A stretch of DNA of 64,000 nucleotides from NCBI GenBank assembly GCA_977030845.1, contig OZ365115.1, positions 25,978,001-26,042,000 of the forward strand, read 5' to 3'. Origin of the DNA: Fimbriosthenelais zetlandica. Taxonomy: Eukaryota. Made by a program: the position numbers and the translations under genes. Below, piece after piece: positions 12,001 to 27,000 of this stretch (its first letter is position 1; every line of letters begins with the position of its first letter). The notes under the pieces are model-generated. The model was given only the letters and a program-made list of their open reading frames with translations, was not told where the DNA came from and made no database searches.

Positions 12001-15000
12001 GTACATGAGTGATTACACAAATAAAATGAAAAACATTGAAGGAAATCCAAGGAGAATACATTGTAAATAAAGCTATCATTATTATGCAAATGATGATGGA
12101 AATTCTACAGAAAAAAAGTTACGCTAAGAATCTGACATGGAAGATGTGTTTTACAAAATATTTTGACTTTCATCTAAGCGATGATTGCCCAATATTTTGC
12201 TTCTAGAAAAATGACTATTTGTTATTTACATTTTAAAATTAATATTATGGTAGGTTTGACAGAAAACATATTAATTATAAATAAAAGGTGAAGATTTAAA
12301 TTGAAGCTGGGTAAAGCAGCTTTACAATTTCAATTCATATAAAATATGCATCATATATAAAAATCTATAATAAAATTAATTTCGCTGTAGATAGCTGTAT
12401 TTATACAAAAATTTCCAAAATTGCATCCAACAAAATGAAACTTTCTATTGCAAATTCAAGGATACAATATATTATGAGACTATTTAAATTAAGTTTAAAA
12501 ATAAACTTGTATGTCAATATCTCGATATTTTACTCGATTAGAATAACATCTTAGAATTAAAAAGAAATAAGAAATATAAAATTTCAGGAGTAATATAAGA
12601 AATTGATTTTCCATTGATCATTTTTTCTCTCCAAAAATTATGAATAAAATCTATTTGGGATTTCAGGTTTTACTGGGGGCTTTGACAAATGGGAATATGT
12701 ACAGTGTATGTTGGAATTTCGGACTTGGATATTTCAACATGGGTCTCAAACATGTTTCTTCGAGGACCTGGGATTTGAACACGGACTAAGACTGTCTGAA
12801 ATGGTACGGTATACCCAAAATGATGACAACAGATTGTCAACAGACAAGCGATTGAGAAGGGAAATGTATTTTACCTTGTCTCCTTTCGTCCATTTGGCAG
12901 TTGGCATGGGCTCACCGATGAATTTGACATCAATCATGATGGTCTGGGAACGTTTCAACTGCATGCTCTCTGTGTAACTGTCTTTCAGGATGCGAGGTTT
13001 CACTAAAAGAAGGATAGAGAATTTACAATACACTCAACAGGAATCTAAAAAAAATTTGCTCTCACGAATTATTGGAAACATTTGAAGGAATCGAGTTTTC
13101 TTTAGTGGATTTTTGGGAAGTGCAACGTTTATAAGAGATGCAAGTGTTACCATTAGTCGTTTTAGGGTCATTAATAAAGCGCTTTCTGCACTATACGGAT
13201 TTATGATCTGATCAGATAATAATCTGACATGCAGGATCCGCCCCCAAATCGCATAAGATCTGATATGCCAGATCACATGAGCACTGTACAGAGCTATAAG
13301 AGTCAGATCTAGTCCGATCAAGATCTGTTGTAGCTCAGATCGCTATCCACACTACACATGTATATCTATCTTATAAGTCCTGCTGATCTGTTCTTTCCCG
13401 GAAACTTCTCCCCGCTAAAGGTATCCGATCGTCTCTGATCGTGTGCGATCACTTTCGTTTTTAAACGTGATCATATTCGCCACGATTGTTGATCAGGAAG
13501 CGAAATGAAAACTAAACGATGTTCGAGAAAATCTGATGTCACTGCCATACTAATTGTACATTGGCACATCCTGACTACATATTGTTTAAAAAATACATTA
13601 AAGTTGAGATAAAATAACTCACTTCTCCTGATCTTGGTAAGAACAGGTGCTGAGCATTCAGAGGCGTCACCAGGGCCGGCAGCGTTGACTGGGATAACAC
13701 GGAACTCATACTCCTTACCCGTCTCCAGGTCTGGTACCTCGGCTTCAAGGTCGTCTGCTGATACCTTGCCAGCCTGTCAGAAGAGGAACAAAAAATGAAT
13801 GAATGAATTCATGGGGTTTAACGTCACTTTCAACAATTTGTCAGCCCAATGAGCCCAATGCTCCTTTATAGTGCTGTCTCACTGAGGTATCATGTCACAG
13901 GCACCTGACGTATCTCACCCAGGCAGATTATACTGACACCGGGTTGACCATTCCTAGTACTGTCCTAGTACTGTCCTATATTGAGGCTTCTTGAAAAGAA
14001 CAACTTATAAATTTGGACTAGATCAACAAGCCCTTACCTTCTTCCATTCTCCGCGTTTTGGTCTCTTCTCAATGACGTAGCCAGTGATGGGAGAGCCGCC
14101 ATCTTTCTTTGGAGCTGTCCATTTAATGGTGGCACGGTCCTTGTCATAATCCGCTACTTCTGGTTTGCCAGGTTTGCCAGGAGCGTCTGTAACAAAGTAA
14201 AACATGCTCCGATGATGACAGAATAAAAGAGAAATGGTGCTACATCCCACTATCAACCACTACACTCTAATAATATCACCTTTAAGTCAAGTCTCTTCAC
14301 GTCACTTGGTCGTTTAGGGGATATATCCCTCCACTACCTATTATAATTGATCTAAGGTAATGGATATATTACTTTCTTACTTGGTCGTTTAGGGGATATC
14401 TCCCTCCACTACCTATTATAATTAATCTAAGGTACTTGATATATTACTTTTGCACTTGGTCGTTTAGGGGCTATCTCCCTCCACTACCACACATATTGAT
14501 CTAAGGTACTTGATATATTACTTTTGCACTTGATCGTATAGGAACTATCTCCCTCCACTACCGATTATAATTAATCTAAGGCACTTGATATATTACTTTC
14601 TCACTTGGTCGTTTAGGGGCTATCTCCCTCCACTGACTATTATAATTGATCTAATGTACTTGATATTTTACTTCGTCACTTGGTCGTTTAATATATTCTA
14701 GAATTGATATAATTATCTAGAATTAATCATATGAATTCCAGGAGATGACCCAATCAATTACATGATAGGAAAAGATAGAAAAGTTCTAAGATAATCCAAA
14801 GGAATAATGGAAGAGAAAAGGCGTCTATTATCAATGGGCTCTATATAAAACTCCATCCTAATTCATTCAGAATACAATATTTAAGTTAGAAATGATAATT
14901 TCAAACATTAACGTACCCCATGGATCCTTGGCCAGGATCTCTGAGTCATTCTCCAGTGGGTCGCTGGCGCCTTCCGCGTTGACAGCTTTGACCCTGAACT

Positions 15001-18000
15001 TGTATTTCTTGCCGGGCTCAAGGCCGGGAACACCGCACTGTGTGTCACCGTGCACCTTGCCTACCTCCTCCCATGTGCCCTTCTTAACATCCATTTTCTC
15101 TACAACAAAGTGCTCCACTGGTAGACCACCGTCGTCCTTGGGGTCCTTCCAGGAGAGCATACAGCGGTCTTTGAAGACATCCTTTACTTGTAGTGGTCCC
15201 TCGGGTTTGCTTGGGCGATCTGGTAATTTTTTGAGATATTAGGTTATATATCCACAATTGGAATGTATGATGGGTAATTAAATGCGATATCAAGAATTGG
15301 AGCACATTTCCTTGTGATATTTTATATCTCAAGATGTGAAAAATTGCTGTTTCAATTGAACTTGTAAATGGGGAAACACACTGTTGGGATACACAGAGTT
15401 CCCAGCAGTTCATAGAAGCAAAATTTGAAAAACTAAGTTTCCCCTGATTTCTTTCCCTGAGTAAGCCCTGAAATTCCAGGAGATATTTTAGTCATATGAA
15501 GTACACTGAACTTCAGAGGTGGGCATGGGATTGTACGCGTCAATCTCCGAAAGGTTATCCTTCTGAGTCAGTGTTGAAATTCCCTGAGTTTTCCGCGATT
15601 TTTCCAGTTTTTCTTAAATTCCTGTCTGGAAAAAGGGTAACTCATTTTCCAGGTTTACCCTGATTTCCAGAGTCACTGGGAACCGTGCATTCAGTGCCCA
15701 GCTGTTATCTAAGAACAGCAATTGCTCAGACATGTCCCCCACAACAGGCAGCATAGCAATGAAGTAATACATTTCAAATTGTTACAGCATAAACTGGGAA
15801 TATTTCGATCACTTACCAATGACTTTGATTGTAATGGGTACCACTTCCTTTCCTGAATCATTGGAGAGTTCACATTGGTATTCTCCTTGGTCTCCACGGT
15901 TCACCTTCTTCAGCTTGATCTTACAGAAGTCGGGCGATTGTTCGACATTGTCGTTCAGTGGCTTACCATTCTTGGTCCATTTCATCAGAGGTTGGGGAGA
16001 GCCTAAAGTGAAGTACAAAACGACAATAGTCAATCTTGCCAAGCTTTTATACTTTAACAATCGTCCATATTCCTTCACAAAACGTATCAAAGTCGATTTT
16101 ATCTGGTGTTGTGATTATATTTTAATGAGCATGTCTACGATGAAAATGTGATGGAAGATCAAAGTGTTGCAGCAATTTTTTCTAGGATTCAAGCAAAAAG
16201 AAAAATGATCAGGCTTCGATGCTTTTATTTTAACCAGTGCTCTACTGATCATTTTTTCAAGTCTTCCTTTTACTTTCGACAATTTTCCAAAATAATATTC
16301 CTCTCATATTTTTTCCTGATTTGAAAACTTATCCAGAATGTTGATACAAAATGTATGTAATTCAAAAATGGTAGAAATTAAAAGTTCAAAAGGTTGTGTG
16401 TGATGTGTCAAAGAGCAAGGAAGAACTGACTTTTTGTTTCTAAAATAATTCAGCTTCAATCACCATTCTTGAATTTAAACAGAATAAATAAATAAAAGCA
16501 TAATTATTTGATACAGCACAGTCTATATTTAAAATATACTGCATGCATCTATCACAGCTCTAAATAATAATCATACAGGTTTGAGACTAAAACCAACTAA
16601 TGTATCTTTTCCACTGATAATATTTTTGGTAAAACTAAATTAAAATGATGGATATATGACAAAGGGTTTTTAGGGTGAGTGTGAATAGTCCACAACGTGC
16701 CTCTGAGTATAATCTCAGCAAAATTTTCAATTAAAGTTTTGACATGAAATATAGGTTTTTTTTCATCTTTGGAAAAAAAACCTCACTTCTATCAAACAAA
16801 GTAATTTAATTTGAGTTGGAACCAATCAAATTAAGACAGCACAGAATCATTGTTTTACAGCCAAAATACATGGAATACAATTATGATTTTTTCCATCAGA
16901 AATGTTGATGAAATGTAATATATCTAATTGTATTTCATTTTAGGGTAGATTTCTTCTGTAAATGAAGGAAATCTACCTTTTCTTTAGTATGGAAAGAGAG
17001 GAGTTATTGTAGAAAATGACAGAAATGCACGAAAAATCAGTGATTTAATTATAGGATAATAGACATAATCACATCACCAAGATGTTTCTAACACCTGAAT
17101 TTCTACTATAAAGTCATCTATCAGGTACAATATGGGATCTAACATGGAATATATGGATCCCATCTGATAGATTAGCATATCAATTAGCACTAAGTACCTC
17201 TAAGCCTCGGCTTTTGGCCTCTTGATGATCACATCAAACAAGCGACTGTGCTCAATTGATGTATCATCTTCTACTTAAAATTATGTATGTACATGTAGCC
17301 AATATTTATGGGAAAAAACGATGGTGGAGAACCCATATGGAATAGATATATTTTTTGAGACTCTTATTATCCCAGTAAACGGTGGGAACATTTCGGCCAA
17401 ATCGGTCAATTTGTTGGACTTATTTTTTTCTGGTATGTTTTTACCATCTTTGTTTCCATCAAAATTGGCAGAGTGCAGTTGAAAGCATGAGTTGCGCGAC
17501 GCGTGTAGCAAAACGCAAGTGAAGTTTTCTGTACAAAGTTTCAAATAAAGGTTGTATAAAATAGAACTTAAGTCAATTTAAATTTGGATCAAACTCTTCA
17601 CTTAAAGTAAACCAAATAAAGTAGATGGCATCTAAAATTCACACTATTTACAAGAATGTTCATGCATTGTGATCAAATTTGTGTAGATTTTTTTTAGGAT
17701 TTTCATTTTTGGTTTCTGAAGTGGAGGATAGGAAGAAGAGAAATTTGTGCAAGGAGCAATCAAGCTTCAACGCAACTCATTGTAAGGATGTATGTTGCAG
17801 AGTTGAGATGAAATGACATGAGGCCCATTGCACATCTTTCGAAACACACATTGTAATTTTTCTTTCACAAATACCCTCACGCATGGTTCTCAGCAGTTCA
17901 TGAAAATTAAATTCCCTTAGTTTTCCCTGAGTAAGCCGTTCAATTCCAGGAGATACTTTAGTTATATGAAGCAGTCTGAACTTCGGTGGTGGAAATAGGA

Positions 18001-21000
18001 TTGTACGCGTCAATTTCCGAAAGATTATCATTCTGAGTCAGTGTTGAAATTCCCAGAGTTTTCCTCGATTTTTTCTCAGTTTTTGGAAATTCATTTTCCA
18101 GGGTTTTCCCTGATTTCCAGAGTCACTGGGAACCCTATCACGTTAAACATTATCAGAGTAAAGACCAAATTAAAGTGAGTGTGTGAGGGGTTTTTGTGAA
18201 ACTTGCATTGCGTGAGTGTCGAAGTGAGTGCAGTGGTGGAATGATATACCGTCATGAATGGATGACAAATCTAACATGATACAAGTACTGATACTTATGA
18301 AAATGATATCAAAAATAAATTGGGGAGAAATTCAGTCATGATGATGCTTGTCAATAACAATTATGGAGATGAAGAGAATGATCTGTGATGAATTGTTAAC
18401 ATTGGGTTACATGAAAAATGATTTGTTTCTAAGGAGGTTTCTTATATATTCGAGGGCAGATGACCACAGTGCCCAGCAACAGATGCCTGGAAATTTGATG
18501 CCAATATCATTCTGATACAAACACTTTATATTTTATAATTTATCTTACTGATTTAACATTTTATTTCACATTATTTCTTTTGTCGGAGGATCTTTCCCTA
18601 TTTTTTCTCTCTTTTTGGAAATATTTTTAAATTTGGATCATTTGCTTACATTTTCAAAAAATAATTGTGCCGAATTATGTTATAAGATCTAATATAACGG
18701 ACAATCCATAAAATAAAAATCTCATGAGATTTTCCAATCCTCCGAGTCTGATTTTATTGAAACAAACTTTATAAATGATAAATTTTGAATTTAGTCGTCT
18801 TGGGAGTTTTCCCATTGATTCTAAACGCTATCACCGATGAATTCTGGGTGAGACCGGAATCATAAAATGCATGGGAATGCATAGTAAAATCTCTGTTTTA
18901 TCAAGATGATGTGGACATGGCTCATTTTTAGGCATAAGAGTGAACATGTGGTACTCTCTGCTTTACCCTCTTGAACTTCGGCAGCACTTCGGATAGGTTG
19001 TTGTCTTGGAATGTGTGTCCCTGTTGTAACCCAAAAGAATTGAAGAGACAATGACTTGGCTCACTTCTGGTGGTTTTAGCACACACAGAATGCAGGAAAA
19101 AAATAATCGACCAAAAAAAAGCTTTGGAAAAAACAAACAAGGTTCAAACCAGGATATGTTGATACAAAATCCTTGCTGGCTAGAAATGATTTACATGAAA
19201 TTATCATCTCGATTGATGGCCATTTCTGAGGGTTTCAGTTGGAAAATAAATCAATATTGAATATAATCGAAATATTGTTTTTCCTTATAATCATTTTTTA
19301 TTTCAAGCCAGCAAAGGTAAAGGAGATATGTTTATCGTTAAAGGCTGAGGAAATGTGCATTTTTGTGCAATATTTGCATTTGAACAGAACTATTACTTTT
19401 TTTTGGTGAAAGGTATACAAGGTTTCCGTGGATAAGGGCCAAGTTTAAAAAGACAGTGGTGTTACTTGTAATATCTTATTGTGCCTCTTGTGAATTAAGT
19501 TTGAAATTGAAGCAGATTTTGATTACAGAAATATTTCTTCATAATATTACTAGTTGCTCATTTACATAATATACACCGTAAACTTGTTTCAGATAAAAGT
19601 CTTTTACCATGTTCGAGCAGAATTTAGAAATGTCCTGCCCTTCCCATAAAGATAATTATTCAGTTATACAATAATATGTTTTACTATTGATATTATAATA
19701 GAAACACATATATCTAAAGGCCAGAATCAATGTCAGAAATAAGTATTACTCTTTGTATGATATGATTTTTATAATTCAGTCAAAATTTTAACTCTAAAGC
19801 GCTTATTATTTCCAAGTATCCAATCTATGAAATATGCAGATGAATTGAATTTTGATCATCATTCATTATGCTTTGTTCATTGTTTTCTTTCTACCTAAAG
19901 TCCAAGCGTGCACTCAAAACAAAGGAAGTGCTTTGTGGCATGTATTGGAGAAATTACAGAGAAAGTTTAAGGATACATTCTGGAGCATTCTGAAGTTTTT
20001 GCTCAAATAACGGTGGAGAAAAACCATGTACACTACCTTGACTGAGTTTCTTACCTGTATAGGGTATATCAAGTTCGAGTGGACTGCCAGCCTTGAGGGT
20101 AATCTCGCGGGGGATTTTGTCAAAGTCGACTTTGGGCGGTTTCTCAGCTGAAATACCAAATTAGTGGATGAAGCTGCAGTTTTTCTTTTCTTTTTTTTGG
20201 TATATAACATTAGTTTATTAATTTTTAATTAGTCATTAATGTTTATGTCAATTATGGCTGTAGTGTAGCTCAGAATTATCTTAAAGGAAATTCTAAGATT
20301 GTGTTGTCAATTTACCTTATAAATATCGTATAAGTCAATGTAAAGTTCTGCAGTATTTAAACTGCACCAGCTCACACTCTTGATTACTCAAGTTTTCGTA
20401 TGAGTTTCAGTTGGGGCCCTTTCCATGTGCATTACTACATTGCCTTCTGTGCAATGAATATTTCTAGGTGCATACATGCTCTAGAACATATATGTACAAC
20501 GCACTAACACTCTGAGGAGGGAGTCATTGGAAATGCCTTGGACAGCTCGGGGATTGAACCGCCGACCCTTCGATCATTAGTCAACCACCCTCTGTGAGCT
20601 GGCGCTCTAACCAACTCCCCTCCCCTAAGGAATTGAATGTCTAATGCAAAGTACAAAACCTAATGGGATTTCTTCCACAAAAGAATCATAGATCTAAGTG
20701 TACTAAAAGAGCATAATGTTAAAATAACACAATTATAAGACCTACCGATATCGACCATAAGTTTGGACTTTGTCTCTCTGTCGCCAATTTTACACGTGTA
20801 GACGGCTTCGTCGTCTGTTTTCAGATTCTTGATGATGAGTGCATGAGTGGGTTTGTCGTTTACAATTTCATACCTAGGGTCACTCTCGTCAATTGGTTGA
20901 CCATTCTTTAACCAAGTGATGGGGTAATCCTTGGGATTCTTCACCTTGCATTGGAGGCGCGCTGTTTCTCTCTCAACATGCTTCAAGTTCTGTAGTTGTT

Positions 21001-24000
21001 CCTTAATAATGACATCGGCTGAAAAACGTAATCAGAGGTTTGTTTAATTCATCATCACATTTACCATGAGCAATAATTTTAGACAAGATTATAAGAATTC
21101 GCAGGGCTGCCAACTCTCCGGATTTAGGCCGAAGACTCGGGCTTTTTGGGGTCTAAAATGCCATTTTCTCAAGCTTTTTTGAGACTCAACACTCATTAAG
21201 GCAAAATAGTCCACTGTTTAGGTGATATTTGCATTGTTTCTGGTGATTTTAAAGTAAAATGTATGTTGAGGCAATGGCTACACAAAGGAGCGACTGAAAT
21301 TCACCGGAAAGACTTAAAATTGCACAACGTCTGTTATAATGTCCCCCCTTATATTGCTCTGTGAGGGGCCCTTTGCCTCTGACACTAGGTTACTTAGGCC
21401 TGCAAAAATATCTCCGGCTTTTTGGCTTTCTTGAAGTTGGCAGCTCTAAATTCGGAAGTGATTGTGAGCCATGTAATGGCATTCAAAATGTGTGCTGCAA
21501 CAAATAAATTCGTGTCATAACATGCAAACTCTTTAGTTACTACAAGAAGAAATGACCAGGAGATACTTACGAGCCACGTAAAGCTTGGCTGTTGTCGTCT
21601 TGTTTTGAACTTTGCATGTGTACTTGCCTTCGTCTTTTGGACTTACATTAACTATACGCAGAATACGTTTGTTGCCATTTGAAACAAACATGTATTTTGG
21701 ATCGTTGATGTCGATTCTCTGCAAATGATTGAACAATTGATTGGAAAAGGGTATGAGAAGAATTTTTCCTTTTTTTTCCTGTTTTGTTTCAGAGTTTTCA
21801 GATGTGGATTTAGGGGGGGGGGGAGTGGGGGTTTGCGCTCCCCGCCCCTCCCCCCCCCCTATTATTTTTAGGGTTGATCTAAACCCAAACCTAACCCTAG
21901 GTTTTAAGCCTAGAGTAAACCCTAACCCTAGGGTAAGGGTTTACCCTAACCTTATAACCGTCCCCTCCCTCTTGAAAAACCCTGGATCCGCCCCTGTTTT
22001 TCCAACTTAATATAATATAATATAGGAATGAACTGAAAATGAATAGATTAGAGAAAGTGGAAGAAAAAGTACCTTGTCTTCTTTGAACCAAGTCACCATA
22101 GCATCGCTATCGTTGACTTCACACTGGAACTCGGAGGTTTCCTTCTCGTAGGCGTCTACGTCCTGGAGGCCCCTGTCAAAGTCATATTCCGGCTCTGTTT
22201 GACAATAATGTAAGAATAAATCAATATTAATCAATGGTTGGTCCAACATAACAATTTTTCAGTTATATCATATCAATTTTTTAGTTATATCATGACGGTG
22301 CCTTCTTGTGAGAGTGAGCCCAAAACTCTTTTATAGTGCTGTCTCACCGAGGTATCATGTCGAAGGCACTTGACATGATACCTCACCCAGTCACATTATA
22401 CTGTGTTGACCAGTCCTAGTACTGCCATCTTTTTGCTGAGTGCCAAGCGAGGGAGCCACCAGTCCCACTTTCTTTAGTCTTTGGTATGACCCTGCCGCGG
22501 TTCGAACCGGCGACCTTCCACACACGTGGCAGACACTCTCACTGTGCCTCAATCTTATACGACACTCACCTTCTACTGTGAGTTCACATGAAGTAGTTTC
22601 GTCCTCCAGCTTACAGCAATACTCTCCCGCGTCGTCAGCTTTACAGTTTTGGATTCTCAAGATGCAGCGGTTTTCACGTCTTGAGACCTGGTACTTTTTG
22701 GGTGTGAACTAAAAAGAAATCATGATCAAATTTAGTCTGTTGCTCTACCTGCTCCTGACCTATGTCGCTAGAGAAGGCATTGTGCCATTGAATCAGTTTG
22801 ATATGCCAGGGATGTAAGCCGGGGATGTAGGGCTGCCAACTGTCCGGATTTAGACCGGAAGCTCAGTTTTTTCTTGTCTAAAATGCCTGTCCCAGGCCTG
22901 CGGCCCTTGGGCTGCCAAAATCCACTTTTCTCAGGATTTTTTGGGACTCAAAACATTAAGGCAAAATAGACTCCTGATGAGCTGACATTTCCATTGTTTC
23001 TGGTGAAATAAATTGTCAAATTTCAGTGCCTGAAACAATAGACATGTCAGCTGAACAGGGGCTCTGTGTTGTACCTTGGCCTCGGCAGTATGCAAAATCA
23101 CAATCCATATCCACAATCCACAAGCAGTTTCAACCCTGTTTTGTGCAGTTTCTAAAGGCACAATGCAATAGCACAATCCACAAGCGGTTTCAACCCTGTT
23201 ATGGGCAGTCTGCAATGCACAATACACAAGCAGTTTCAACTCTATTTGGTGCAGTCTACAAAGACACAATACACAAGCAGTTTCAACCCTATTTTGTGCA
23301 GTTTCTAAAGGCACAATCTACAAGCAGTTTCAACCCTATTTTGTGCAGTTTCTAAAGGCACAATCTACAAGCAGTTTCAACCCTATTTTGTGCAGTTTCT
23401 AAAGGCACAATCCACAAGCAGTTCCAACCCTGTTTTGTGCAGTTTCTAAAGGGGCAATACACAAGCAGTTCCAACCCTGTATTGGGCAGTCTACAAAAGC
23501 ACAATACACAAGCAATTTCAACCTAGTTTTGTGCACGTCTACTTGGCTGGCCCTGCTACATAGACAGTGGTAGACATGTCCCCCGTTGTACAAGGAACCT
23601 CGCCAATGGCGAGGGTCGGCGAGGGCAACCTCGTCTTGCGTTTGCTTTGTTCAAGTACTATTTTCTTTTAAAAAGTGCTTGGACATTTTACTTGTTATTG
23701 CATTGTCCAAGCACAGTTTTCCTAAAGAAATAATGCTTGTACAATACAATCGCGCGACGAGGGTATCCTCGCAGACCCTCGCCATCGATGATTTACTTGT
23801 GCAACATCCTGTATTTCCAGAGAGTTGGCAGCCCTGGATCATCGCTATTATATTACAAAGCTGACGAAGGCCACCGTAGGCCGAAAGCGTAGTATATTTC
23901 AAAAAACTTTAAAAAAAACAACCCAATCAAAGCTTGTAAAAGAATCCCCACTTCTACCAATAAAATTCAACCCATACTTGGACAATCATATTTGAGGCTA

Positions 24001-27000
24001 TTTTTATACCTCAATATTACAAAGTGAATTGCAAAGTGTCAGTAAAAAACTTACATCGATCATTTCATCGTTGTGGTACCATTTTACTTGGGGTCGAGGG
24101 TCTGACAGCATACACTCTAATGTGATGTCCCTCTTCCTTGATGCTTTAGGCGTTGGTGGCAGTTTCTGCGTAAAGTAGTATCTGACTTTCTTTTCTGAAA
24201 AATCCAAATAGCAAGGATGACTGAAAGGTAAATACAGTTGAGATAATTCTAATAAATCACAAAATGATATGAAACATCATTTTTATCACTAAAGTAACAT
24301 GTAAACTCAACGCGTTTTCAGTAAATGAGTCTAAAGTCGCAAAAATGAGTTTTTGAGTTAGTTACAGATTCGCAGATCTGTCCAAATGGAAAAAATCGTG
24401 ATGGTACAACACACACAAAGATGATTTTTTTTCCAATTTCACAAAAATATTCAAAGCATACTTGCTTTTAATGCGACAATTCTAAAAGAAATAAATAACT
24501 TTTTTTTACAAAGCTTTCAGGCCTGTATGGCCCTGTGTGAATTTAGACTCATTTAGTAAAAAAACATCACAAATACTCACCTTCGACATGGACTTTTCCA
24601 TTAGTAGTTTTGTCCTCAGCTTGGCAAGAATAGCGACCAGCGTCCTCCATTCCAATATTTTGGATGGTCAAGGTAAAGACACCATCCTCCGTTTTGGAGA
24701 AATTATACTTCTTACCCTGGAAGATCTCGAGTTTGTTCTTCAGCCAGCGGACTTGTACGGAACATTTGGAGTACTTACAGGTCATTTTAACCGAGTCGTC
24801 CTTTTCCTTACAGTACGCATCTTGGAGAGGTTCCAACCACTGCTCTTGCGGCTATTTTGTAGGTATAAATGAGTAGCATTTTGTCATAATAAGGCGCAAA
24901 ATGTGCAGTAATTAATTAGAATAAATCTATAATAACCCATAAACAACTCAAAATGGGGTTTAAAACTTGTAAGCAAATTTGTGAGTATATGTATTTACAT
25001 TGATTTTTATCATTGTTTTTTCATAATCAAGAAAGTAGGATTATGTGTAAAATGGATATTTAAAAAAGAAAAATAAGAAGAACGAATATAGGTAGAAACA
25101 TCATATATAGCACAAAACATAGATCTATACAGAATGATCTAAGTACATGTATAAAGAGGCACTGTCTCCCTTATTTCCAATTAAGCGTAGAATATTGGCG
25201 GGATAAAATTGGGTTTATTCATATCAGAAAAAGGTTTTGTTTTGTTTTACAAGATCATATACCATGGCGAATATGATTTGTAACTTTAGCAAAAGAGAAC
25301 ATAGCGTATCTTCTTTAATGGGGGCACAAGTCCTTAAAGATTCATAATATAATTTTTTTCCTAAAGTAAGACATTTTTAAAGTCATATATTTACAAATGA
25401 AATTCATACGACAAATGCTAACAAAGAATTAAGATTAAATTATCGTAATAAGTGCTGAGAAAGAATTGAATATTTTACGGATAGGGTTTTGGAAGAGGGA
25501 TTCTTATTTCTTTCTGGTTGATACTTGAGAGGAATAATTAAACTTATGGGGATTTACGAGGAGACATTTGAATGAGACAAAGTTGAGGAGTCAAACACAG
25601 ACACTCCAAACATATAAGTAGTTACGCATGCCACCATTGGATACAACGACCAAGCTATCAAGTATTGAGAGCGCGCATTTGAAGTGAAAATATAGTTGGC
25701 TTAATTCTGGGCAGAGGATGGAAGGCATCCCCATTATAATAGCTCATCCATAAAAAGCTGGGATTAATATCAATTATATTTTGGAACGTATCTTGTGGTA
25801 CAACAATATCACCTTGTGTTGTTCAAAGCAATGAGATTTGAATTATACATTAATGTGCTCTGTTTTTTTAAATGAGAAGAAAACCTCATTTTAACATGAG
25901 TGGTAAATTATCAACAACTTATCAGCTACATGATTTTGGAAATATAGGATAATATAGAATATGGGAAATACAAAATGATTGACTTTCGTTATGTTTTGGC
26001 ACAGAATTTTGAAGTATTTGTGAACAATATTTGAATTTTGAAGTATCTTTGATCAATATTTCAAAAAATTTTGAACAATATTTCACAAGATACATTCCAG
26101 ACTTGGTGAGTTGCAAGTTATTCTTTGACAAAGTCAGGATAGAGAGAGAGAGACATGCAGCAGAACTTGTCACTATAGAAATCAGATGATACTCGGGGGA
26201 CCTGTAGAGAAGGAAGAATTTGATCATGAAAGAAAAAAAGTATGATAGAGAAAGAATACGAGGGTGTATAAGTATAATTATAGAAGTTCTTATCCATCCA
26301 CATCACCACTGGGCTGCATCAAAGTTCATAGAAACGGAGTAAAGCTTAATTAAAGGAAAGAATGCAAGAACTCCTGAAGAGTTAGGGAAGAAACACTGGC
26401 CAGACAGTGGACGTTTTTCAGCAACATCTTATGGCAGTACTTGTTTACAATTGGACATCATTTCAATTAAAATAATCAGTTCATGAAAAGCATATTATCA
26501 TGTCAGATGGATCTTCTAGATTCTGCAAAGTGGAAAAAAGTTGCATCAGTGAAATATAATCAGAGGAGGCAAAAAAGTTCAACAAAATTATAGTCAAAAT
26601 ATGAAAAAATGTATTATCTAGAGGACTATACAAAATGTACAAAATTTCAACTACTGGACGGTACAGAAACAGAGGACAGGATAAATGAAAGAGAGGACAG
26701 GACACGTAGATGGAAACATGGATGAAAAAATGGACAGATATTGGAATTAAGAGAGTGAGAGAGATACTTACCAAAAAAAGATTTCATGAAGAGTGCGACA
26801 GGACATAAAAAAGAACATTTGCAACATCAAACTTTAGGGAAAAGGCATTAGAATTGGATTATCTCATGTCAAAGACAGCCTCCTGAGCCTTTCATTTTTA
26901 TTCAAATTTAAAGATTTAGCCAAATATTTCAATGTGAGGGAGAATTCTCAATACCCATTTGGTTCAAGAAATGTCTGAAGAATGGATTTGAAGAATTTGA

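Larger units (their letters stand above)
22828..23836. mobile_element. Family G ends enclosing a tandem array and a nested family E MITE
   Basis: Left end tagggctgccaac at 22828, right end gttggcagccctg ending 23836. Confidence 0.55.

Noticed and set aside
21870-21960. Interstitial telomere
   Set aside because: Only a few degenerate TAACCC units within a small repeat element.
22931-23593. Repetitive ORFs ([12 protein letters not shown] repeats)
   Set aside because: Translation of the ~50-bp tandem array; no splice signals.
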